This document shows, piece by piece, positions 1 through 12,959 of a DNA stretch of 64,000 bases. The notes below the pieces were generated by a model that made no database searches, had not been told where the DNA came from, and saw nothing but the letters and a program-made list of their open reading frames with translations. A program made the translations under genes and the position numbers. Numbering within the stretch: the first letter of the stretch is position 1; each line of letters opens with the position of its first letter. Where the stretch lies: assembly GCF_009914755.1 (NCBI RefSeq), contig NC_060930.1; one strand, 5' to 3'. Source of the stretch: the human T2T-CHM13v2.0 reference genome, Homo sapiens.

Positions 1-477
1 TCAAGCTAAATGAATACTAGAATATTCAAAATAAGATAGGGCCTGAGTGTTTTGGGGTAAACCTGTACATATACCCTAGTTCTTCTTCTCTGGAAGAAAT
101 GAAAGAGATGAAACGGACTAATACTAAACAGTTTTCAAAGTAGATTAAAGCATAATGATTCTTTAAATTTCCTCCACCAAGAAAATGTTTTAAAAATGCC
201 AAATTTAATGATATAAATTAACTTCAGCTACTTTAACATACCAGTGCTGTCTGAAGACATAACTGGTCACTTTTTATGATGTTCCTTTCTTTCTTTGCTT
301 TATTTAACAAATTTACTCAGGGTCTGGATATTTGAGTCACACCCTTAGCTGAGGATGATTAAGACAGTTATCGTCATTCCAACCTTCCCTGACTGACCTC
401 AGAAAAGGTCCTATTTTATAGAAAGAGCCTGGATTTTGGAGTCTAATCACTTCAACAGGTCAAAGGTCTTCTAAGGC

Positions 478-760
478 TCTACTATGTTCCAGACGATAGA
501 GATAAGAAAATGTATAAGACATGGGATCATCCCCCAAGAAGCTTAAGGTCTAGTGATGGAGACAGGAATATAAATAAGTAATGGCACGTTGGGATGAGGG
601 CAGCATTGGCCACATTGGTGTCTTGGATTAGGGAGAACTGAGAGTGGAGGGTGAGAGTAGATGGGGCAAGTGAGGAGGCTGGTTAGGAACCAGGGGTAGG
701 CAGGAGCCACAACACAAAGGATCTTCTAAACCATGTTAAGGGGCTTGGCTGTTATCATAT
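478..760 (-). mobile_element. L2 fragment
   Basis: ctactatgttccag...gaagcttaaggtctagtgatggagacagg resembles the reverse complement of the L2 3' region. Confidence 0.55.
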
Positions 761-1355
761 AGATGACTTCTACAGGAGCTAATTTCATTCTGGTGCACAA
801 GCCCAGGAAGCTCAGAGATATATTACCTACTGACTCAAGAATCATGCTAATTTATTTGTATAAATGGCTTTCCAAAACATCTCTGTGTGGTCTTACTCTA
901 TTGAATTATATTACCACAATTTATTTAGAATTCCCATATGTGCATGTGTGATGTTTTCTAGGGAGTACAAACATTTTTCAGATTAGTGTCATGGAAGTCC
1001 TCTATATATCAGAGGCAATAAAAGAGAGTTGCACATTATGTTTTCTGTGTCCTTTAGGCTTGTAAAATTATTTATTTTTTTTCCTAGATAAAAAGTTGCT
1101 CAAAATCAACTTAAAGTAAAATCTAAGTGCATCATTGAAAGTTTGGGGGTATTCCATGTTGTAGTGATTTAAATATTTTTTTTTAGTGAACAACATTTAA
1201 AAATCAGTCACTTTACTTATTCCAAGAAAGCAGGGAATGGGACTATAGAGGAAGGGTAAGTAACTATCTGTACCATATAACCCAAGACATTGCAGTTACT
1301 CTTTAAATGTGGGATTATTTGGAACATTTCTCAATTTGTGAAGCCCTGGCCATTA

Positions 1356-1536
1356 GAGTGGTTTTCAACCATGGTTGCTCATTAGAATTGCCTGGAAAAC
1401 TTTGAAGTGTTCGGATGCCCAGGCCATATGCCAGACCAATTAAATCAGAAATCTCCACAGATGGGACGCAGGCATAAACATTTTTTAAAGCTTCCCAAGT
1501 GATTCCAATTCAAAACCCAGTTTGAGAAGTACTAGT
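1356..1536. mobile_element. MER5-type hAT-Charlie MITE
   Basis: agtggttttcaa...ccagaccaattaaatcagaa...tttgagaagtact, about 180 bp with terminal inverted repeats. Confidence 0.8.
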
Positions 1537-2386
1537 CTATTAGGTAGGATTACCTGGTGCATGGAAACAGCAAGTTCCAATTAATCAGCTCAATTCATTT
1601 AAATCACGTGCCAGACACTGTGCTTGGTCCTGGGGGCTAAGACACAGGTCCTGCCTTCAAGTATATCACTCTAAAAGAGGGGTGAGCCTAGTGGGGTTTG
1701 AGAAGGGAGAGATGGTGAGGGCAACAATGGTTTGGGTGAGTTTCCTGCGACAAGACGTGTAGACTGAGTGTGGAACTTGGTTCAAATGTATGTCAATTAA
1801 AGGAGGAGGAGGGACAACATGGTAAATATTTGGTAAAAGTCATGTTCTGTAGTTAGTGAAATTGAGCCATAAATCTAGAAGGACTCACTGATGTTTGGCG
1901 GGATTAGAAGCCAGGAGAACTGGTTTCCATGCTTATGTATAGTAGACCATTACTTTTGTCTGTCAACTCCAGCCTCTACCAAGGACTTTTTTTTTTTTTT
2001 TTTCAAGGCAAACCAAGGGGCCTTTTTCATAAAATTTCTTAAAAACAATATATACTTCTAGATAAAACTTATATGATATATTTTGTTTATGTGGTTACAA
2101 AAAAGAATACCAACTTGGAAAAACAGAATACTTTAGTTTGAAATGTTTAGAGCTAAAGAGCTCTAGCCAGGCAGTAGGACAAAGTTTTATTTTATAAGCC
2201 AGTGGTGACATTTCCATGGTGTTATAATCTGTAATATTACAAAGATATTAAGATATTTTCACTGATATCTGATAAATGCCTAATGAACCATTACTGATTA
2301 TTTCTTTATTTTACATTTCTTTCATGGACTGGACTACTCTAGACCTTTCCCAGATGAGGATCTGTAATTGTGACGTCTCTCATTTC

Positions 2387-2683
2387 TTTTTTTTGTTGTT
2401 GTTGAGACAGTCTTGCTCTGTTGCCCAGGCTGGAGTGGAGTGGCATGATCTCAGTTCACTGCAATCTCTGCCTCCCAGGTTCAAGCAGTTCTCCTGCCTC
2501 AGCCTCCTAAGTAGTTCACAGGCGTGTGCCACCATGCCCAGCTAATATTTTTTTGGTATTTTTAGTAGAGACAGGGTTTCACCATGTTGGACAGGCTGGT
2601 CTCGAACTCCTGACCTCAGGCGATCTGCCCGTCTTAGCTTCCCAGAGTCCTGGGATTACAGGTGTGAGCCACCGCGCCCGACC
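2387..2683 (-). mobile_element. AluS
   Basis: Full dimeric Alu, reverse orientation, T-rich tail on the left. Confidence 0.95.
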
Positions 2684-3708
2684 ATGTTGTCTCTTTATCT
2701 GATGGTTAAATGTCTTGAGAAGAGCATGAGTGCTGAATCCCAGCTCTGCTCAGTATCTTGGCATGAGTTTCCTTGTCTGTGAAATGGTGATAGTAAATAT
2801 TTGATTGAAAGGCTAGGGTACTAGGAGGGTTACTTCTAAAAAATAAGAAAGAACCATGTGTGGGCTTTTATACTTATTAAATAAATGCTTAATAAGTGTA
2901 CAAGTAGTGAGGACATGTGTCATTCTTTATTCTCTAAAGTACCTATAGATTATCTACTTAATGTTTTGTGTTGATTCTCCTAAATGAACTTTTCTCGCGT
3001 ACTTTTCCCATGATCTGGAAGAAGCCATGGTAATGCCCAATAAAATGGAAATGACAGATTCATACATAGTTTCTACAGTGTTGATGGGGGCTTGGGAGTG
3101 GTTTCTTTGTATAAGTGAACAAAAGCTATACTAGAAAAGAATTTCACAGTAATTTAACAACAATTTTACATGCCCCACAACAACTAAAACAAAATAATTT
3201 ATATTAAAACTTATAGAATATAACAGGATTCTCAAATATTGTCATGACTAACATAAGATCCAGAGTTCACTTTTATAATTTAATGTTTTAACCAACAAAA
3301 TCCACTTATCTTGATCATGCATAGATTAGTTCATAATAATTGAAAAAGGCAAATATTTCTAGGTACTAGGGATTCCAGGTAAACTTAATTTGTGTGTAAA
3401 TTCTCTGTGATTTTGTTCATACTATAACACACTTCTCAATGTGATGCTGGTGTTTTAAATTAAAACATCAAGTCCGTTTATACATCTGGCCTTACTTGGT
3501 GGTTTTCTAACTTGCCAATGTTACAACTTAAATGTACTTATATTAATCATAGTTCAAAATAGCCACATCATTAAATAATCATTTTTGAAAAATATACATT
3601 CTTAGAAATGGTACATACACCCGCTTCAGTTTTTGTTGTGAAATCATGGACACGATGGGGGTGGGGAGGAAAAGAATGCCAAATCTGCATTTCAGTCCTT
3701 CAACTCAC

Positions 3709-3881
3709 TTCCAGAGTAGTTTCATGTGAGTCTCCATCTCCTTGCCAAAGGGAAGGTGGAGATGTACGCAGCCACATTTTCATACTCTCCTGCCAGCTGC
3801 AAACCTCATCACAGTCCCTGTGAAGTACATTTCCACAGATCAGGTTTCTGCCAGGGAAGACTTTAACAATCTCCTACTCCA
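3709..3881 (-). pseudogene. Candidate fossil exon
   Basis: Strong donor gaa|GTGAGT, weak acceptor; fragments LLKSSLAET, LQLAGEYENV and KEMETHMKLL across frames. Confidence 0.35.
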
Positions 3882-5615
3882 CTTTCAACCGACAACAATT
3901 AGTATTAGCAAATGGTTCAGGCCACTGCCTGGGATTACATATGATTTCCATTCAAAAAAGACAAACTTTTACTCAAACCAGACCTACGTGCTGAACACTT
4001 GAGCTCCCCTCTTAGATATAATGAAGTTGAGACAGTTTCTATCTTTCATTTAAATAAAAAATCATTCTCACATTTGAAATCAAGTTGGCTGTTTTCCCTC
4101 GGCTGGGTTAGCCATCTGGGAAGGGGGACTTTTGGAGTACTTATGTTCAGGCCAGGAGTTTAGAGAGAAAAAAAATCATTATCCTTTTGTCCTTTTGTGC
4201 CTTACTCTTTTAATGTGGTTAAACCTTTTTAGAAAAATGTTTCCACAGCAGGTTTTTTTCTTTCTTTCAGATAACACATATGGAAAATACATTACATTCT
4301 TAATACAGTTTACAGTCAAAATTTGCTTTTTCAGAGCATGGACCAGCAAAACACATACCTGATTGAGGTCGCTACAGCTTATTGTAAAAACAATGAAGAT
4401 TCAAAGGATTTATTCTCTTGATGTACTAAATACCTGTGGTTCTTTTAATATTACTATGTTATTTTTAGTATGAGGCATTCTTCAGGGTAAGGTAAGGTCA
4501 GTTTCCTTTCTATGTATTTCGAAGGTTAATAATTGCCTCAAATAGAGGCTCTATGACCTTAGCATGTTCAGGAATTTTACTTTCTTCTCAGTTAAGTTCT
4601 TAGAAAATATGTCTCGATGGCTACTATCTATCCAGTCACTCTTGTGGCTGTTTTATTCATAGATAGAAGTTGATTATTTCAAGCAGTTAAGAAACCTGTT
4701 CAGAACAACCACCTCATACTAATTGTTCTATTATATTCCTTTTGACTTCTGAAATTCATAGGTAATTCAGTTATAAGCTCATGAAATTGAAAGTAGCTGA
4801 AAAGATCATTCTTGTTTTATAGATGAGGCAATAACATTTCAGAGAAATAAGGTGATTTTTTTTTTCGATCCCACCTAGGTCAGACAGAGTGGAGAGGATG
4901 CTAGAATATAAATGTACTTTCTGCCTGTTAGAACTTTATTCATTTTTCCATGTTATAATACAGGTGTATTGCACCTTTGGGTAAGTTTTGTTTAATGATA
5001 GTGATAATTTGTAGAAAACCACGTATTTTCATAAAATGTTCATTATGAAACTGCATGAATCCCAATTAGGAGCCTGTTGTTTGTTTAGGCATAGCTTACC
5101 TTTCTAAGTAATTGAACAAGTAAATTTGCAAAGTACTATGCATAAATATTAACATATATTAATACTTATGCATGGTGCTTTAGAGTCATGAGAAACATTT
5201 TTTGCTTACTTTGTACATATGTTCTAAAGACAATACCCTGAATATATGTGAACATTTTAATATTAAATTAAATTTCAAAGTCAATCAATTTGATATTAAT
5301 TTCCTCAAGAAGAAAGGGAAGAAAATCAATCAAAGGTGAAGTTGATGGCATGGAAACCTATATAATGGCTTTGTAATATATCAATTTGGCTAGGCTGAGC
5401 TAAATTTCCCAGAATCCCCTTTCTTCTATGGTGTGGGCCATAGGGCAGATTCTTGGGAAGGTGGAATGGAAGCAGCAGCTGCTTAGTGACTCACATGTAG
5501 GATTGCTCATCTGCCATCCCATCTTCTTGGCATGAAGCAGCAGTTGGGCCTGCAAGGACTTTGTCTTCTCCTTGATCCTCCTTTGGCCTTTCAGACTCCT
5601 TTTTCTCTGTCTCTG

Positions 5616-5760
5616 TTTTTTTGTGAGTCAGTGTCTTGCTCTGTCACCCAGTTTGGAGTGCAGTGGTGCAATCATAGATCACTGCAGTCTCAAACTCTGT
5701 CTCAAGGAATCTTCCTGTCTTGGCCTCCCAAAGTGCTGGGATTTCAGGAGTGAGCCACCC
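5616..5760 (-). mobile_element. FRAM-like Alu monomer
   Basis: Single right-arm-type monomer (ggagtgcagtggtgcaatcatag...cctcccaaagtgctggg). Confidence 0.8.
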
Positions 5761-5830
5761 TTCTCCAACTCATTGGTCTGATGTGTATGTTTAGCTTTGT
5801 GATGAAGGGCTCTGGTTTCTGTAGGAAACT

Positions 5831-6344
5831 TGTATTAGTTTTCTATTGCTGATGTAACAAATTACCACAAACATGGTGGCTTAAAACTACTTATTATCTC
5901 ACAGTCCTGCAGGTTAGATGTTTGACGGACACCTCACTGGGAAAAAATCAAGATGTCTGCAGGACTACATTCAGTTTTAGAGGCTTTCTAGAAATGAATC
6001 CATTTCTTTGCCTTTTCCAGCTTGTAGAAGCTGCCCACATTATTTGGCTCATTGTTCTCTTCCTCTATCTTCAAAACCTGCAACAGCTGGTCAAGTCTTT
6101 CTCGCATTTCATTGCTCTGACACTGACTCTTTTTTTTCCTCCCTCTTCCTCTTTTAAGGAGCCTTGTCATTACATTGGGGCTACCCAGATAACCCAGGAT
6201 AAGCTCCTTATCTTAAGTCAGCTGATGAGCAACCTCAATTTCATCTGAAAGCCTAACTCCCCTCTGCTACATAAAGAATATATTCACTGGTTCTAGGGAT
6301 TAGGATGTGAATACCTTTAGGGGGCCCTTATTCTGCCTACCACA
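5831..6344 (-). mobile_element. MLT1 (MaLR) solo LTR, MLT1C/D-like
   Basis: tgtattagttttctattgctg...ttattctgcctaccaca; TG...CA termini. Confidence 0.85.
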
Positions 6345-6584
6345 ATATCCTTATTATCAAGGTCAGAGGCAACAAGAACTGACATGGGTTTCAGTCATCT
6401 TTGTGGAGTTCTAGCTAGTGTTTGTGGGCTCCAGTTTGTTCCCGTTCTTTTTCACTTTATATCCATCTCCCCTTCCTGACTACCTATCCTGTGGACCTCA
6501 AGATCCAGCATCAGATGCAGAGACAACAGCTTTTCAAAGACTGCTTAGTTGGCTCCCAGAGTTGCTTAAGTCTGATTCCCTCTC

Positions 6585-6672
6585 TATGTCCATCTACCTA
6601 TGCATCTATCTGTCACTATCTATCTATCATCTATCTATCTATCTATCATCTATCTATAATCTACCTATCGAT
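6585..6672. repeat. (TATC)n microsatellite
   Basis: Directly visible. Confidence 0.9.
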
Positions 6673-6799
6673 CCCTAGATGTTTTACCTTTCTGGTTGAA
6701 CCCTGACTTATACAGTATACAATTCAACCTTAGGTAGCTGTAGGTGTAAGGAAAATACACCAATGTCATCATGGGGTTAGAGCTAGCGTCGTACAAGGT

Positions 6800-7001
6800 C
6801 TGTGTTTGGAATCATTTTAGCTGCAGTGACTATCTCTCCCTTTTCCTCTCTTGTTACTTCGGTTCTTATAGCATCGGCTGAAACTAGTCACATGGTTGTG
6901 CCTAATTTTGAGAAGGCAGGAAGTGTGAGAAGTATTATCCTTTGTGTTGGTGGATATAAAGGAGCATCCAATAGTGATGAATTGTAGTAATGTCTACCAC
7001 A
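6800..7001 (-). mobile_element. Old MLT1 LTR fragment
   Basis: tagtcacatgg...taatgtctaccaca terminus. Confidence 0.5.
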
Positions 7002-8237
7002 AGAAAGGTAAGAGAGAAATATGTAAAAAAGAAGAAAATGAGGGGCAATGGCTAGAAGACAAAAGGATAGTCAAAAAAGATGAGGTCTGCTTTGTTCTCT
7101 CCTCTTTTAGTCCCAGCAACAGGCAAGCTGCAAAGTCACCATCTTTCATTTAATCCTTTGTTTGTCCTGATGGGGAAAATAACTTTGCATTAGTAAAGCC
7201 TGTGATGGCAGAATTATTGCTGTCAAAGGCGGAAAAAGGTCAGTTGTAGGGAAATTTTCATATAAACATTTTAACCATTTTCTTCTTTAAAGAAAATAAA
7301 GAAATATGCAATTTAGATATACAATATGAAATTGCAATATGGTTGCAATATGAAAAATATCAGGGATATTATGAGATTTAAACACTTTAAACAGAAAGCA
7401 TTTATATTACTCAAGGCAAATAATACATTCCTTTAAGTCAACAGATAATCATGGGAAATAAATCTGAACAACTTGGGGTGTGGGAGAAATTACCAATTCT
7501 TTCATGAAGCAATAAAATTCCTCATGAAAGAGGTGGGATTTAAGGTACTTTTGTAATGAATTAAGAAAGAAATGTTTTGGCAAGAGCCTCTTTTTCTCTA
7601 ATGCATTGCAAATCTACTAGAAAAATCTAGATTCTTTTTTCTGTTCCTCATTTTCTTCCCTTCTTCTGTCTAAGTGGAATGCAGTGACAGTTATGCAAGG
7701 GCAATCAAATCATGTAGGTAGTTATGAAAATATAGTAGTGTGTGTGTAGTCACAAAATTCCTATATATAATTGGTATAGACAAGTCTTCCTCATATGAAT
7801 CTTGCAGAAAAACATTGATAGTTACTTAGAATTGCCTGGAAATTTGACGGTCCGGGAATAGTTTGAAATTTGGTGGATGCCCCACCTTCACATAGTGGAA
7901 AACGCATGTCCAATTTATCTTCTGTCTAACTTCATTCAAAACTTCTGCATTTGTTGATCAGCTGGCGTGCTGATGCAGTTGCCAGAAGAACACCACTCCC
8001 CTCCAAGAGCACTTATTTAACCACCCACATCCTGGCTGGTGGCCCACTGGCACACTCGCTCCTCTTTGTGAATCAGGAGCAGAGGGTAAACTCAATCTGC
8101 TACACACACACAATGGCACATTCTTGGAGCATGGCTGTCTAGACCATTTCCTTCACACAGCGGCTCAAGGGTCCTTTTATGGAGCGATTACTGGAACATT
8201 AAATTGCGAGTAGTGGCTTCTTCAACAGATTCCTTAC

Positions 8238-8368
8238 CCGGTTCCGACAGGGGTGTTTTAAGTGGTCTTCTTCCACAGATTAGTATGGTCATTAATGTGC
8301 CTATTCACATTAGCTTTAAAGTGAGCTTCCTTGCAGCTGAAGCTCTTTACCTCTCACCTGTTCTCTCT
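8238..8368 (-). pseudogene. Candidate fossil exon (131 nt)
   Basis: Acceptor ccttttcaattctAG, donor cgg|GTAAGG; (E)REQVRGKELQLQ, then frameshifted. Confidence 0.5.
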
Positions 8369-8647
8369 CTAGAATTGAAAAGGATTTAGTCCCCATTCCT
8401 TCTCGTAATTTGTTGTTGTCTTTGTTAGTTTTCTGTACTGGGGCATTCATTTTGGGGGAAAAATAGGAGTATTTAAACCAAGCCCCAGACACCTAGATGC
8501 TCCAGCTAGTATCTGTGAGTTTTGAATTAGTTTGAGGAAGTCTAATTATTTGAAAGGAGTTAACGACTCTGAACTCCTGAAATAATGTTCATGGTTCCAA
8601 ACTTGTTAGCCAAGCAACTTCATTTCCTTATGGCTCATTTCTCTCTG

Positions 8648-8716
8648 AAAGAAAGAAATAGAAAAAGAGAAAGAAAGAAGGAAAGAAAGAAAGGAAGGAA
8701 GGAAGACAGAGAAAAA
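8648..8716. repeat. GA-rich (GAAA/GGAA)n
   Basis: Directly visible. Confidence 0.85.
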
Positions 8717-8767
8717 GGTGTTAAATAAATAACAATAGCAAAACATGTGTGAAGAGTAAGTTTAGAA

Positions 8768-8897
8768 GCAAGTTGTGGTGGCATGCTTATGTAGTTCCAG
8801 CTACTTGGGAGGCCAAGGCAGAAGGGTCGTTTGAGCCCAGGAGTTCAAGGCCAGGCTGGTCAACATAGTGAGACTCTTTCCCTAAAATAAATAAAAC
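8768..8897 (+). mobile_element. FLAM Alu monomer
   Basis: About 130 bp left-arm monomer, gagcccaggagttcaaggccag, with A tail. Confidence 0.85.
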
Positions 8898-9099
8898 TAA
8901 GCAAAAAGAGTAAGTATAAAGAGATCAGAACTGGATAGGAAGAAATGTAAACTATGCATATGTTAAATAAAATTGTAAGATAATATATATTTTATGGAGC
9001 TTAAAACTATCACTCACTTTATGTCTGTTTTGGGAAAGCCTACCTTCTAGTATGATAAAAATGTCATCCTACTTATTCTTGTATTGCTTTTATGATTTC

Positions 9100-9530
9100 T
9101 TTTGTTTAGATTGTTGATCAGCTATAATTTATTTTTGTATATGTCTTAAAATAGGCATTATGTTTAACCATCTCAATATTTTACATGTAATCCTCTTCTA
9201 ATTAATTTAGTAGGTACCTTTATCAAGTTTGAGATTACCATAAACACCTGAATCTGTTTCTGGTGCATTGACTTTGCCAGTACCACAATGTTTTCATTAC
9301 TGCAGTTTTGTATTGTGTTCTGATATTTGGAAAAGCAAATCAAAAATATTTTGCCTATTCTTTTAGAGATGAGCTTTAGAATCAATATGTTACATTTATT
9401 AAGGCATCCCATTTATGTTCTGATTAAGATTATACCGAATTTAGGAGGTATCTAGGACAACTGGAAATTTCATCAATTGAATCCCTCCATGCAAGAGCAT
9501 GGTATCTTTAGGTCTTCCTTTGCATCATTC
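9100..9530 (-). mobile_element. Old L1M ORF2 fragment
   Basis: ttgccagtaccaca...tgatatttgg...gagcatggtatct pattern of antisense L1. Confidence 0.6.
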
Positions 9531-10006
9531 CCTTCTTGCTTAGTTGGTACATAATAGGATTTGAATACAATTTAGGAAGAAACAACAACAACAACAACAA
9601 ACAGAAGCAAAATCAAAACATCTCCAAGATGCTCAAATGAAGCCAAACCACAAGTGCCTTTTGTGATGTTATTCTAGAAGGTGTCAAATTATTAAATATA
9701 TTGGTTTTAAAAATTTAAAAATATAAGATAATTGCTTTGGCCACTTGAACGTATAATGTTAGTCCTCTTGTACCACAGAATATCACTCAATATATACTGG
9801 TATTTGATAGTAAGTGTTGATCATTATTTCCAGGCCTGTCAGCTTCACCCCTAGTGTTACAACACCTCTCCTTGTGGTCAGTAGGGGGTGCTCCTGGAGC
9901 GACATGCCCTCTTTCAACGCCACTGAATCCTAACAAATTTCAAACCATAGGAAGTATTGGTTTATAAATTATCAAGTGCAGTTCTCCCACATTCTAACAG
10001 TCTCAC

Positions 10007-10083
10007 ATCTGTGGGCATTTTATGTAGAAGACAAGTAATGGGAGAAGGTGAGATCTTCAAAGTGTCTTGTAATCGAAGAAGGT
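10007..10083 (-). pseudogene. Candidate fossil exon (77 nt)
   Basis: Acceptor ccttctgtgcttatataatacAG, donor gat|GTGAGA; open (D)LLRLQDTLKISPSPITCLLHKMPTD. Confidence 0.45.
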
Positions 10084-10142
10084 CTGTATTATATAAGCAC
10101 AGAAGGCAGAAGGGATTATAACAAGTTGTGTTTGGGCTAACG

Positions 10143-10229
10143 AGTAGAGCCTCTGCATTTTAGGGCCTGTTCCTTTGAGCGCTGGTGCCAGCAGACTGCT
10201 TTGCAAGCTGTCAGTTTCCTGATCTTTGT
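10143..10229 (-). pseudogene. Candidate fossil exon (3' boundary uncertain)
   Basis: (D)KDQETDSLQSSLL, then frameshifted QRSKEQALK. Confidence 0.4.
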
Positions 10230-11498
10230 CTTTTAAGGGCAACATTTTAAAAGTGGTGCTTTAAATAGGAGAGACTGTGGAAGGAGAGGGGTCTGGTTGC
10301 AGACAATCCTATGGGAAAGGATTTTGTTCTATCTACTAGCTTTGGAACAATTTCCCTTATTGTTGATGGTGCTGATGTTCAAAAAAGTGTCATTCTGCAC
10401 CTCTCCTACCAGTCTGAGCTCAGGGCTTCTTCCTTATGATCCCAAACCATACAGGGCTTATTTCTATTTTGCAAAGATTACATTTTATAATATTCTCCTG
10501 TGTATCTGTTTATATATGCCTCTAGGTTAAGCAACATGAGAACAGGATGGTGTTGTGTTTGTTTAACATAGGCTTTGGTATGTTGTAGGCAGCCGATAAT
10601 TATTTGTTCAGTGGATGAAAGAAGGAAAACCAAGGGAGGAAAAAAGAAAGGAGGAACAAAGAAGAAGGTGTCACAGAGTGGTGCATTGATATAACTGGGC
10701 AACTTAATTTTTAAACTTATCCAGAATTCTGGAAATGTCTGTAGCATAATTCACACAGAACATTACTGGGCATAACCCAGTACAAAAAATAACAACAAAA
10801 ACTGATTTGTTTCTAATGAAGTTAGTAGTAATTGTAATAGCAAATATATAATGTAACCATAACCACTTCATTGTGAAGTAAAGACTATTTGATATTTATG
10901 TGAATTCTAAAGTTTAATTGCATAATGCAACTGTGTCCTTAAAAGTATTGAGGTTTTGGAATATAGTGTTCCATGCACAATTTTATTAAAATCATATATT
11001 ATACTGAAATTCAGATATTATAAGGTGAACTCATAATTCCAATGTAAACCTAACACCTAAGGTTAAATTGGATAAAATAAATGCTATTTGAATAGAACAA
11101 CTTTTTAAGATGCTCCCATTCAAAAGTTTCATGTTTATTAATTGGATAAAAATAGTTACATTATTTTTCTTTGTAATATTGACTTTCTGTATATACCTCA
11201 ATAGTCAGTTAGAACTATGAAAATTGCCTGTTGAAGATTCATATTGACATTAAAACAGTGTATACAATATGGCCAAAAGAGAACAATATTGTATTTTTAA
11301 TGTTTTAAGCAGTTTAGAAAATTTAAAAATAATCAGCTTGACCATTGATTCGTCCACGTGCCCTTTGAGTTAATTTCATTTTGTTGATTTAGTACTAATT
11401 AAAAGAATCACTGGGCAACTGAAGGAAGCTGAAGAGGAAACAGGCTTTGGGAGAGTAAGTGACTTCCCTAAGGTTTGTAAATCTGGGGATGGGCTTAT

Positions 11499-11647
11499 CT
11501 TTCCTCCCCTCCCCTCCCCTCCCTTCCCCTCCTCTCCCTCCCTCCCTCCTTTCTCCCTTCCTTCTTTCCTTCCTTCCTTCCTTCCTCCCTTCCTTCCATC
11601 CTTCCTCTTTCTCTCTCTCCCTCTCTCTTTCTTTCTCCTTTTCTCTT
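11499..11647. repeat. CT-rich polypyrimidine tract (CCCCT/CCTT/CT)n
   Basis: Directly visible. Confidence 0.9.
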
Positions 11648-11692
11648 AAACACTCACTGAACATGGGATTATGATGACTTAAAAATTACCAA

Positions 11693-11990
<298 letters not shown>

Positions 11991-12150
11991 TTACCAAATA
12001 TTGGTTTGATATATTGTGTTTGACTAATGTGATATGTATTATTTATATTATTTTGATATAATGTATTCAACTCAAACACAAATATAATTATTTGATATTG
12101 TATGCCTAGAATAACGCAATGAAGAGAAAATAGGAAGGCAAAATGTATTG

Positions 12151-12462
12151 TTTATTTATTTATTTATTTTTTATTGTTTTGAGACAGAGTCTTGCTCTGT
12201 CATCCAGGCTATAGTGCAGTGGCATGAACTTGGCTCACTGCAACCTCTGTTTCCTGGGTTCAAGTGATTCTCCTGTCTCAGCCTCTCGAGTAGCTGGGAA
12301 TACAGGCACGTGCCACCATGCCCAACTGATGTTTGTATTTTTAGTAGAGACGAGGTTTCACCATGCTGGACAGGCTGGTCTCAAACTCCTGACCTTGAGT
12401 GATCTGCCCACCTCAGCCTCCCAAAGTGCTGGGATTACAGGTGTGAGCCTTCGTGCCCGGCC
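12151..12462 (-). mobile_element. AluS with (TTTA)n tail
   Basis: Full Alu, reverse orientation. Confidence 0.95.
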
Positions 12463-12489
12463 TGTATTCCTCTTTTAAAATCTCTATTA

Positions 12490-12775
12490 GATAGCAGTTG
12501 TTGAACATCTGCTTTGGAGGTCGAACTTTCTCTGGAGTTAGACTGCCAGGATTCAAATTCCAGCTGTGTCCCTTGGAGTTGGGGGACGTCAGGCATGAGA
12601 CTTACTCTTTCTAAGCTTCAGTCTCCTTATGTCAAATATTCCGTTAAGATAATTACAGTCAGTATTTGGAACGTTGTTGGGAGGATTAAATCAGATAATT
12701 CATGTAAAGCAATTGGCACAGTGTTCACCATATGATGAACTTTCGATAAATGGTAATTATTATATTCTTACCATT
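12490..12775 (+). mobile_element. MIR
   Basis: ctggagttagactgcc...attcaaattccagct...gggaggattaaat...catgtaaagc. Confidence 0.75.
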
Positions 12776-12959
12776 ATGTTAGGCAAATGGGATAACGAAA
12801 AATGTTAATATACTATCTATGTTTTCCGATATTAATAATATTTTATCTGTTGTATTAAGACCCTTGGACTCTGTGCAGCAGGTTGATTCATTTAAAAAAT
12901 ATTTCTACCTACAAAATATATCTTTCATGTAGACATATACATTATATTTGACATATGCT

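Larger units (their letters stand above)
5360..6713 (+). mobile_element. MLT2-family (ERVL) LTR, interrupted by FRAM and MLT1 insertions
   Basis: Start ...atcaatttggctaggctg...tttcccagaatccc; end gaaccctgacttataca; internal (TATC)n typical of MLT2. Confidence 0.7.

Noticed and set aside
300-1980. Further possible minus-strand exons near 318-410, 827-897 and 1889-1975
   Set aside because: Some splice-like motifs, but weak acceptors or unconvincing translations; not supportable without alignment.
4335-4486. Plus-strand AG...GT block overlapping a minus-strand block (about 4359-4425, VHQENKSF, donor cag|GTATGT)
   Set aside because: Both readings are plausible and neither has independent support; left uncalled.
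11395-11674. E/R/G/K-rich and P/S/L/F-rich ORFs
   Set aside because: Simple CT-rich repeat translation; excluded from the coiled-coil exon set.
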